Shown here in pieces: positions 38,487 to 46,046 of a stretch of DNA of 56,451 nucleotides. The notes beneath the pieces were generated by a model. The model ran no database searches, was not told where the DNA came from, and saw only the letters and a list, made by a program, of their open reading frames with translations. Source of the stretch: a virus (Duplodnaviria > Caudoviricetes); IMG/VR virus record IMGVR_UViG_3300005663_000052, positions 1 through 56,451 of that record; one strand, 5' to 3'. Position numbers and translations under genes: made by a program. The stretch's first letter is position 1; every line of letters begins with the position of its first letter.

Positions 38487-38980
38487 CAGTCTCCCTTTCC
38501 TTCTTGGGCTTGCTGCCAGAATTTCTCCAGCAGTCGGAATGTAGTGATTTCTGCGAGCCGCCTGTCGTGCATGGCCCACCAGCAAACCTTGTGGCGGACG
38601 GACCAACTGAGTGCTGTCCGGTAGATCGACTTGGGCGGCATTTTCGTATGTTCTGGTGGTGATTTGAGAATGGTTTTCCAATCGGCCTCGACAACTACCG
38701 CCGCGTACTCGAATTCTGCGAGCCGTGCGAATTCTTTCTCGAATCGTTCTCTGCCCTGGCCGCAGGAATTGTAGAGGTCGGCCAGGCTCTTCCGTTCGAT
38801 GGCGATGCGATGTTCGAGACCTTCGATTGAATAGTCACCTGTTTTGAGTCCCTTCCATTTCCACTCGACGGCCAGCGGGCGGTACTGCTGAGCGGCGCCT
38901 GCCCTGAATCCCTTGAATTCGTACGGCCGTTGCTCGCGGGAGTCTACCAGTACAACGAATGGGCATTTGATTGATTCCAT
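38486..38980 (-). CDS. ERCC4-domain nuclease
   Basis: VDSREQ, TGDYS, IERKS..DL motifs. Confidence 0.9.
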   Translation of the reverse strand: MESIKCPFVVLVDSREQRPYEFKGFRAGAAQQYRPLAVEWKWKGLKTGDYSIEGLEHRIAIERKSLADLYNSCGQGRERFEKEFARLAEFEYAAVVVEADWKTILKSPPEHTKMPPKSIYRTALSWSVRHKVCWWAMHDRRLAEITTFRLLEKFWQQAQEGKGD

Positions 38981-38986
38981 TGTGTT

Positions 38987-39553
38987 TTGCCTGCCAGTCC
39001 GTGCCGTGCCTTGCCCCGTCTCGCCATGCCCTGTCTAGCCTCGCCTGCGACGCCATGCCCTTCCCAGCCAGACCTTGCCGATCCGGACCCAGCCACACCG
39101 CGCCTCACCGTACCTGCCGTGCCTCACCTCGCCTTGCCGGTCCTGGCCCAGCCGGTCCGGGCCTTTCCGTGCCTGCCATGCCTGGCCCAGCCTTGCCCAT
39201 CCGAACCAATCCTCGCCCATCCGTACCGCGCCAGACCATCCCTTGCCTGCCGTGCCTCGCCTGCCGTGCCGTGCCATGCCATGCCTAGCCGCACCAGGCC
39301 CAGCCTTGCCACACCGGCCGTGCCCCGCCTGCCCAGCCTCGCCTTGCCTTGCCGTACCCATCCCTGCCGGTCCGCGCCTTGTCATGCCTGCCGTGCCGTG
39401 CCTTGCCATGCCTGGCCAGACCTTGCCTGGCCGATCCAGGCCCAGCCTTGCCACACCGGCCGTGCCGTGCCTTGCCATGCCTAGCCTGACCATGCCCAGC
39501 CCCACCGAGCCCCGCCAGCCGCGCCAAGCCCATCCGGGCCACGTCAAACTGCC
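38987..39553 (-). repeat. GG(C/T/A)-NN pentamer array B (103 pentamers, ~11 units), putative guide-RNA array
   Basis: Parses into 5-nt GGHNN units broken by 4-nt GGCA/GGCC/GGCT/CGCA; fills the intergenic gap. Confidence 0.9.
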
Positions 39554-39554
39554 T

Positions 39555-40025
39555 TCACTCAATATCATCCACCCCCGCGAAGGTCCGCTTGACGGCCCGT
39601 TCCAAAATGCTCAAATCCAACTCACTCAACTGCCCGTATTTCATTTGGAAACTGGACAGCCAATTTTCAGCCTCCCGTTTCGATTGCAGCAGCAGTTTCA
39701 CCCGACGTTCCTTGTCGTCAAGCACCTCAGCCAAAATATGGTACCCCTGCTCCTCACCCGACGGCGTCAAGTTGATGTAGTGCCGTGTCACTTCCCCGCT
39801 GCCGTCTGGCTTCGTTATATGCACCTGCCGAATGACCCGCCGGCAAACCTCCCGCCAGTGTTCCAGAGCGGCTTCCTTGATGTTCCAGTTGAACCGCTTA
39901 TGCAGTTCCCAATCCTTGTTTTCTTTGGCTGCCTCAATCACATCGTCTACCAACAGCCGGCCATCAGGCGTCCGCTCCACCTGGTCCAACTCTTGCCTGA
40001 TTTGTTCAACGTCCTCGCGGGTCAT
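39555..40025 (-). CDS. Array-associated partner protein (156 aa)
   Basis: GGAGG RBS; G.L..DDVIEAA...ELH..FNW...AA..HW...R..I motif; lies between the arrays. Confidence 0.8.
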   Translation of the reverse strand: MTREDVEQIRQELDQVERTPDGRLLVDDVIEAAKENKDWELHKRFNWNIKEAALEHWREVCRRVIRQVHITKPDGSGEVTRHYINLTPSGEEQGYHILAEVLDDKERRVKLLLQSKREAENWLSSFQMKYGQLSELDLSILERAVKRTFAGVDDIE

Positions 40026-40052
40026 TACATGCCTCCGATTGTTTTGAGTAAT

Positions 40053-40084
40053 GGCCGCGGCCAGCCATGAAACTGGCCGCGGCC
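40053..40084. other. 12-bp perfect GC-rich hairpin between the two array-associated genes
   Basis: GGCCGCGGCCAG-8 nt-CTGGCCGCGGCC. Confidence 0.8.
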
Positions 40085-40100
40085 CGAACCGCCTCATCCA

Positions 40101-40763
40101 TCAAGCGGCAATCTTGAAAAAGCCCCAGCCCAAACCAGTGGACTTCTTGCTGTCGTTCCGGCCTTCACCGATGCCAACCTGCAAGCCCACTCTCAACAGC
40201 AGATTGCCAACGTCTTCGGCCGTGAATTGGTCGGCGTCATACTCGACGCGAACCTTTGCCTGCCAACCAGGCGACCACATCGGCCTTGCCCGAATGTCCA
40301 CAACCCCCGTGGCGTTGCGTACCGGCAACTCACTGTACTTGGGCTTGCCCTTGGTGATTTTCACCAGTGGCGTACCGTCGCTGCCGTAGCCGTCCGCCTG
40401 GATGACCAGGGCCAACTTGCCGCGAGTCATAGCGAACCCACACAGCTTGCAGGCGGAGATCATCGCTGCCCGCAGTCCGGGAGCCGGCAATCCGTGCCAA
40501 CCGCCGTCCTCTGCCTTGTGCATGGCATTCTCGTAACACTCCTTGAAATTCTTCGGCTTCCGTTTGGCTCCCTTCGTAGCAGTCGAGCCCGCTTCCTGCT
40601 TGGCTCGCATCTCTGCCAGTGCCTTGTTCGGAAACCTGTTCTGCACGTAGGGCGAGGTGCCCTCGATCAGGAATTCCGCCACGCGGAGATTCGGTGCAGT
40701 GATTTGGAGTGCCTCTGTCTTGCTTTCGGCACTCTTTGCCTTAGGTGCAGCTTTCTTAGCCAT
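40101..40763 (-). CDS. RAMP/Cas7-like RNA-binding protein (220 aa)
   Basis: AAGGAG RBS; N-terminal strand FLIEGTSP, GLPAPGLRAAMISAC helix, C-terminal G-rich loop GLQVGIGEGR...GLGWGFF. Confidence 0.75.
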   Translation of the reverse strand: MAKKAAPKAKSAESKTEALQITAPNLRVAEFLIEGTSPYVQNRFPNKALAEMRAKQEAGSTATKGAKRKPKNFKECYENAMHKAEDGGWHGLPAPGLRAAMISACKLCGFAMTRGKLALVIQADGYGSDGTPLVKITKGKPKYSELPVRNATGVVDIRARPMWSPGWQAKVRVEYDADQFTAEDVGNLLLRVGLQVGIGEGRNDSKKSTGLGWGFFKIAA

Positions 40764-40855
40764 TGTCTGGCTCCTTGTTCTGCATTCCCCGAGATTGATA
40801 AATTGCTCGCCATGGTTCGGGGGTGCCCATGGGTTGCTTGTATTGGTTGGTGGCC

Positions 40856-41361
40856 ATGCCGTGCCTTGCCTAGCCTTGCCGTGCCAGTCCACTCCCGGCC
40901 GCTCCTTGCCTGCGATGCCCGGCCAGTCTTCGCCAAACCCAGCCCTGCCGGTCCTGGCCAAACCCCGCCGCACCAAACCTTTCCATGCCTGCCGTGTCAC
41001 GCCTGGCCGTACCTAACCTCGCCCGGCCACGCCGCACCTCGCCCTGCCTCGCCTGCCGTGCCGTGCCCTGCCTGGCCCAGCCCCGCCAAGCCCCGCCTGC
41101 CATGCCCTACCCCGCCCCGCCGTGCCAAGCCCCGCCAATCCGTGCCTGCCGTGCCGTGCCTTGCCAAGCCTTGCCGCGCCCAGCCCCGCCGCGCCTAGTC
41201 ATGCCTGCCGTGTCTTGCCTGGCCCCGCCGCGCCGCGCCATACCTCGCCTCACCGTACCTGCCGTGCCATACCTCGCCTGGCCGATCCAGGCCCAGCCTT
41301 GCCGCGCCTGCCGTGCCGTGCCTTGCCATGCCTAGCCCAGCCCCGCCGCGCCCCGCCTGCC
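40856..41361 (-). repeat. GG(C/T/A)-NN pentamer array A (94 pentamers, 9 units), putative guide-RNA array
   Basis: 94x5 + 9x4 = 506 nt exactly; units start with GGCA (one CGCA). Confidence 0.9.
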
Positions 41362-41367
41362 AATATC

Positions 41368-41934
41368 CTAAACATCATCCCAATCACCCGCCGCCCCATC
41401 CCCTGCCCCCTCATCCCCAGCACCCTCAGCACCATCAAAAGGGACAGCTTCCTCTCCCGCCACTTCTCCCGTCCCTCGCGGCACATTCGCCACGTCCGGA
41501 TGGTCGAGAGTCCACATGGAGTCCCAGGGGATCTTGGTATACTTCTTGCCCTTGTCTATCTGTTCCTCGGCAACCACAATCAACTCAGCCCCTTCGGCAT
41601 CGGCGAAATCCACGTCTTTTTTTTCACCGATTTTTAGCAGCCTACAGGCAATCGCAAAAACCCTGAGACGTTCCAGCATCTTCTTGGTCTTCTCCGGTCG
41701 CTTGCATATGTCTTCATCCTTGGACGCCACTCCAAAGAACTCTGTGAACTGCGTGCCCTGCTGGCCAGGCACCGTACCGTTCAGCACCTTGAACTCAACG
41801 ATCACCTTTTCGATCTTGACGAAAGTATCGTCCGCCCGCAGCACCTTCACATGGTACTGCCCTGGCTTCGGCCGCGGCGTCCCATGGGCATCGTCTTCAC
41901 TCTCGAACCCGCTGGCGTCCAGTTTAATGGGCAT
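41368..41934 (-). CDS. DUF669-like single-stranded DNA-binding protein
   Basis: PKPGQYHVKV OB-like start; acidic Gly-rich tail; follows the Sak4-like gene. Confidence 0.65.
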   Translation of the reverse strand: MPIKLDASGFESEDDAHGTPRPKPGQYHVKVLRADDTFVKIEKVIVEFKVLNGTVPGQQGTQFTEFFGVASKDEDICKRPEKTKKMLERLRVFAIACRLLKIGEKKDVDFADAEGAELIVVAEEQIDKGKKYTKIPWDSMWTLDHPDVANVPRGTGEVAGEEAVPFDGAEGAGDEGAGDGAAGDWDDV

Positions 41935-42060
41935 CTTCTATCTCCAATGCTCGTGTAATGGTTTCAGTTTCTTTGCGTGTGTGGCAGAAACTCGCTGGGT
42001 AGCCAAGCACTGCCCGTGCCGTACGTTCGACGGCAGCATTTCCGTGCCGCTCAATCAGGT

Positions 42061-43140
42061 TCAGTAGGGAATGTCCCCTTCCTTCACCATGGTCTTCTGG
42101 CGAGGGTTTGCCGGTGCCTTCGCTGCCTCCTGGCCTTCGAGTTTCTTTTGCAGAGCCGAAATCAAATTTGCGGCCCCCTCAACATTCAATCCAGCAGTAG
42201 TTTTCGCTCCACGTTTTGCGATAGCCTTTTGGAAAGCCGCCAGTGGCATCCCCAGTTTTTTCGCCAGTCCCTTGCACAGATCAATCTGTTCGGCACTCGC
42301 TCGCTCCTGCCCACTGGTGTCGGCCGGCGGAGTGACTGGGGCCATGGAATCGGCCATCAGCCCGGCAGAAGAAGCCGGCTCCGGTTTAGCAGGAGGCGAT
42401 GTTTCGACTCCACCTGCCGCGGTGTCCCGCCCGCCCGGAGCCGGCTGGGAAGTGCTGCCAAGATTGAGCCAATCAATGATCGGCTTGACGAAGTCAGGCC
42501 CCGGCTTCTCAGCCCGGGCCCCATCGACTGCCGAACATCTTGTCTTGGTAACCAAAATCCGATGGTCCCAATCGAGTTCGCAGACTACGTCAAACTCGTA
42601 TTCCATGCCGGGTCGTTGGATGGGAGCCATGCCAACCTTTCGTGGAACCAATCGGCCTTTGGAATCTTCCTCCAGTACGTGTTCCATCTTGGAACGCATG
42701 GTGACAATCACGTGGGCTGGAAAAGAGAGCAGGGATTCCACCATCCGCTGGTGCTTTGGCGTAACGTCTTTCCACGCAGTGTATTTGTTTTTGGATGGGC
42801 TGTTTGCCACCTGCTCCAACGCACCTCCGATGCCCTCCCAAGCATGGCTGAGCGAATCCACGATCAGGACGTCAGGCCTCAGTCGAGCCGCCTCCTGCAT
42901 TGCCACCGTGTAATTCTGCGGATCAAAATGTTTGAGTTCGCAGACTCGCCAATTCCAGGTATGCCCATCAACCACTTCCCCCTGGTACTTGCTCATCGAA
43001 CCGTGTTCGGTATCAATGGCCACTACCCTCTTGCCGAGAGCAAATGCAAATCGCAATGCCGTGTAGGTTTTCCCGCTGCCCGATGGCCCGTCAATGGCCA
43101 TTCGGAGCTTGGCTTTTTTTCGTGTCGCTGGTTCAAACAT
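42061..43140 (-). CDS. AAA_24 / Sak4-like ATPase (single-strand annealing)
   Basis: GPSGSGKT, IDTE, VDSLSH and EYEFD motifs. Confidence 0.85.
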   Translation of the reverse strand: MFEPATRKKAKLRMAIDGPSGSGKTYTALRFAFALGKRVVAIDTEHGSMSKYQGEVVDGHTWNWRVCELKHFDPQNYTVAMQEAARLRPDVLIVDSLSHAWEGIGGALEQVANSPSKNKYTAWKDVTPKHQRMVESLLSFPAHVIVTMRSKMEHVLEEDSKGRLVPRKVGMAPIQRPGMEYEFDVVCELDWDHRILVTKTRCSAVDGARAEKPGPDFVKPIIDWLNLGSTSQPAPGGRDTAAGGVETSPPAKPEPASSAGLMADSMAPVTPPADTSGQERASAEQIDLCKGLAKKLGMPLAAFQKAIAKRGAKTTAGLNVEGAANLISALQKKLEGQEAAKAPANPRQKTMVKEGDIPY

Positions 43141-43915
43141 TCAGACACCCCAATCTCTCGGCACAAGCCCGAGTATTAGTCAAGTCATTCGCCAAGTACG
43201 CCTTGGCTTTGTTCCTGTTGGTCGCCCATACCTTGTAGAAATCGGCACCAGACATGTCGGGAGTCTTCTGGCCAACGCCAAGTCCCTTGGCTAAAGTGTC
43301 CAGCGAAATGTATTCGCCATACACGCCCAGTCGATATACTTCCCTGATGTCGATGAAACCAGCATTCCATTTCCGGCCATCGAACATTTCCGATAATGGG
43401 AACGACAACCTGAGCACCCAGGTCCGGTGGGCCAAGAATGGTAAATCGAAACGAAAAATGTCGAAGCCAATCATCCGGTTGCCGCGACCGATCGTTTCCT
43501 TGGCAACGCCCCAAAATTTCAAAAGCTGATCGCGTTCGTCGCGACTGTCAATCTGGATCCGCTGATTGAAGTAGCCGGTGGCCAACACCTGGCCAGTCAT
43601 GGCGGAGAGTGCAGCCTTGTCTCGGAATTTCCCGAAGGCTGTCTGCCGTGCCGTTTCGACTTGCTTGACCAAGTCCGCTTGCTTGGCGGCAAATTTCACA
43701 CGGCCTTCGCTGATTTTTTTGGCAACCGTTTTCGCCAAACTTGCATTGCCGAGTTTGACGTCAGCATCCTTGTCGAACTCTCGGCCGATGATCCCCCCCT
43801 TGTCGAATTTCAACGGATCGAATGGCGGTGCCAACCGTTCCAACACGCCATCCGGCAACGGCCCAGTTTCGATATCAAACACCACTGCCTCAGGCATCTT
43901 GCCCTCCATTGGCAT
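43133..43915 (-). CDS. DnaQ/PolB-type 3'-5' exonuclease
   Basis: FDIET, FDLPFL and Y..ND Exo motifs. Confidence 0.85.
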   Translation of the reverse strand: MPMEGKMPEAVVFDIETGPLPDGVLERLAPPFDPLKFDKGGIIGREFDKDADVKLGNASLAKTVAKKISEGRVKFAAKQADLVKQVETARQTAFGKFRDKAALSAMTGQVLATGYFNQRIQIDSRDERDQLLKFWGVAKETIGRGNRMIGFDIFRFDLPFLAHRTWVLRLSFPLSEMFDGRKWNAGFIDIREVYRLGVYGEYISLDTLAKGLGVGQKTPDMSGADFYKVWATNRNKAKAYLANDLTNTRACAERLGCLNV

Positions 43916-44183
43916 CGTAATGAGCCAGACAATCAGCCCGGCAATCCACGGAACAAAAGAAGTGGCGGCCCTGGTGCGTTACTGCCCTACCTTGAATTGG
44001 ATTGTTGCACCACTCGCAGACAAAGCAATTCTGCAACTCACTGCGGATGATTAGAATGTTTCGTGGTGCCGTAATTCCCAGCCGCACGGCACTACGTCCA
44101 ATCTGATTGACGACAATCTCAATACGATCAGGACCACGACCAATAAGAATCTTTTCCCTCAGCTTCCGTCTGAGTTCCAGCAT
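43890..44183 (-). CDS. csrA: CsrA/RsmA carbon storage regulator with C-terminal Cys motif
   Basis: MLELRRK..E.I.IG...V.LGITAP..I.R.EL followed by CEWC...FCSVDC. Confidence 0.8.
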   Translation of the reverse strand: MLELRRKLREKILIGRGPDRIEIVVNQIGRSAVRLGITAPRNILIIRSELQNCFVCEWCNNPIQGRAVTHQGRHFFCSVDCRADCLAHYDANGGQDA

Positions 44184-44218
44184 CGAGCAATTCCTTTCTG
44201 CTCAGGTGAATTGAAAAG

Positions 44219-44357
44219 CACGGCGGGCCGGATTATCGTTGCGAAGGTATTGGGCGACAGGACCCTCACGCACACCTATGATTTCCGACAACTCTCTACG
44301 ATTCTTTGTGCCGCAACAACGTGCGACAGGAGCCGACGCTGCCACGCCGCCGCCGTG
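44219..44357 (-). ncRNA. Structured tRNA-like element 1
   Basis: Terminal stem CACGGCGG/CCGCCGTG; ends shared with element 2. Confidence 0.45.
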
Positions 44358-44362
44358 AGTTC

Positions 44363-44572
44363 TCAGTTTTTTCCAGGTCCAGTTATGACATTGGCTGCTG
44401 CCCTACCGCGTATCAGGCCAACTCGGCGACCCTCTGCCCATCCTGGATCTGTGGTTTCTTTTTGTCCGCAACTTGAACAGAGTAGCCCACCAGGATCTAT
44501 CGTATGGCTCTGAGAGCACATCACTTTGTCAGTCGGCAGGAATTCACCGCAGCCTGGACAAGTTTCTCTCAC
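44363..44572 (-). CDS. Small zinc-ribbon protein
   Basis: GAGGAGG RBS; GTG start; CPGC..CSSC. Confidence 0.5.
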   Translation of the reverse strand: MRETCPGCGEFLPTDKVMCSQSHTIDPGGLLCSSCGQKETTDPGWAEGRRVGLIRGRAAANVITGPGKN

Positions 44573-44597
44573 AAGACTCCTCCTCTCAAATAGTAAG

Positions 44598-44719
44598 CAC
44601 GGCGGGGCCGGAGTCTTCCGTCGTTTTGGGTGGTAGACCGCAGACAGAATCATCCGACAAGCTGGTTTGTTGCTCCTGGGGAGGTCCCCCGGGCCCGGCT
44701 CTACCACGCCGCCACCGTG
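44598..44719 (-). ncRNA. Structured tRNA-like element 2
   Basis: Terminal stem CACGGTGG/CCGCCGTG; inner GTGGTAGA/TCTACCAC stem; T-arm-like CGGAAGACTCCG. Confidence 0.45.
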
Positions 44720-44727
44720 ATTTCAAA

Positions 44728-44801
44728 TCGTGGGGGCCAGACTCGAACTGGCGACCTCAAGGTTATGAGCCTTGCGAGCTAGCCAACTGCTCCACCCCAC
44801 A
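44728..44801 (-). tRNA. tRNA-Met(CAT), initiator (fMet)-type
   Basis: Cloverleaf TGTGGGG/CCCCACG; anticodon arm CAAGG-CTCATAA-CCTTG; TTCGAGT T loop; no encoded CCA. Confidence 0.9.
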
Positions 44802-44809
44802 GTCGCCAT

Positions 44810-45046
44810 CTATCGACAGCAGAAGAACCCCGCCACCAGTCGCCGGAGTGGCCGACGGCAATGGAAGAAATGGTGAGCACGCGGGGGCACTACATGCCGC
44901 CGGAAACAGTGGCCGTGATGGTTCAATACGGCCGGTAGACTGACGGCGCAATGGCCGCCCGAACATCCGATGGTACTGGCCGGAGCGCACGCCGCACAGC
45001 CAGTAACGAAAACACAAATCAACGCAATCCACATCAAACGGTTCAT
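44810..45046 (-). CDS. Small lipoprotein
   Basis: Lipobox VTG-C; Cys/His-rich. Confidence 0.5.
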   Translation of the reverse strand: MNRLMWIALICVFVTGCAACAPASTIGCSGGHCAVSLPAVLNHHGHCFRRHVVPPRAHHFFHCRRPLRRLVAGFFCCR

Positions 45047-45050
45047 CGTT

Positions 45051-45551
45051 TCATCCTTTTTTCGAGGAAACAGGAATAGGGGTAAGTCGACATCGCAGGT
45101 ACAGGCCGCTCTTGTACGGCATGTACAGAATCAGTTGAGGCAGGGTGTCGTTCTGCATTTGCTTCAGCGACGGTCCCTTGCTGCCGTAGAGGGCGACCAT
45201 GGCTCGTTTGCGATCGGTATCGTGGTACACTCGGGAGAATTCGTAGCCGTTGACCAGTAGATTTGGCAGCAACTCTTTCTCCATTACCTGGCATGCAGGG
45301 CAATCGTGTCGCCCGACGTACACGAGGAACGGAGTCTTGTTTTTCATGGCCCGAGCCCTTGCCGCCACGTAGTCGTCCGTTGGGACTGCACGTGGAGTCG
45401 GAAGTGTGGGAGTCTCGGCAGCCGGGCCAACGCGAATCCAAGACAGGAGAATCATGCCGACGAGGATGGCAAATGCGAAGATCACCCAAATGGGAACACC
45501 CATCCACTTTGCCAGATCCGAAAACCAAGAGAATGGCTTTATCATCATCAT
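45051..45551 (-). CDS. Membrane-anchored thioredoxin-like protein
   Basis: TM helix, CPAC motif, LPQL cis-Pro region. Confidence 0.65.
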   Translation of the reverse strand: MMMIKPFSWFSDLAKWMGVPIWVIFAFAILVGMILLSWIRVGPAAETPTLPTPRAVPTDDYVAARARAMKNKTPFLVYVGRHDCPACQVMEKELLPNLLVNGYEFSRVYHDTDRKRAMVALYGSKGPSLKQMQNDTLPQLILYMPYKSGLYLRCRLTPIPVSSKKG

Positions 45552-45622
45552 GCTTCTTCAAAATGCCCGGCGGGGCGAAGAACATATCAACTCCCCGCCG
45601 GGCGGCCCACAGACAACATGCG

Positions 45623-46030
45623 TCAGTTCCCGCAACGCTTCACTTCCCTGCCTGCAAAGTCCGGGATTTCACCCGACGGCGGAGGCGGAGGCGGAGGTGG
45701 CTGCGGCGGTTGGCTGAGCAGGCACATGACCAGGGCCATGAGAGCCTGGGACAACGGTGTGCCAGTGAGCCATGACCACGCGAAATCCATCAAGCATTTC
45801 TTTGCATCTGCCTGCGAAATGAGTTGTGTTTCCATCAGGCACCGCAACAAGCTCTTCACGGACTCGTACAGATCGCCAGTCTCGAACAACTTCATCAGGA
45901 AGTCGAACCAGCAACTTGTCTTTTGCGAATCGACTGGCGGTGTGCAGATAAACTCAATGTGGACTTCCGACAGACCGAGTCCCGAGTGTTTCTCAATCAA
46001 CGCACCTTGAATGTCTACGAGTGACACCAT
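45623..46030 (-). CDS. Hypothetical protein with poly-Pro tail
   Basis: Helical Cys-containing domain followed by PPQPPPPPPPP. Confidence 0.5.
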   Translation of the reverse strand: MVSLVDIQGALIEKHSGLGLSEVHIEFICTPPVDSQKTSCWFDFLMKLFETGDLYESVKSLLRCLMETQLISQADAKKCLMDFAWSWLTGTPLSQALMALVMCLLSQPPQPPPPPPPPSGEIPDFAGREVKRCGN

Positions 46031-46046
46031 CAGAAAACCCTCTCTT

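Noticed and set aside
38835-39568. Long Arg/Gly/Ala- or Pro/Cys-rich ORFs across array B on both strands
   Set aside because: By-product of stop-poor pentamer repeats; the 5-nt period and 4-nt breaks are incompatible with codon-level selection.
38987-41361. Canonical CRISPR array or plain microsatellite
   Set aside because: No 23-47 bp repeats with unique spacers and no cas1/cas2. NN is too diverse and the unit punctuation too regular for a simple satellite.
40764-41666. ORFs across array A, including the 79-aa N-terminal extension of 40101-41000
   Set aside because: Same artefact; a clear AAGGAG RBS supports the start at 40763.
14150-43179. Many long plus-strand ORFs (e.g. 14150-15280, 20375-21160, 41977-43179)
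   Set aside because: Antisense shadows of well-supported minus-strand genes in GC-rich DNA.
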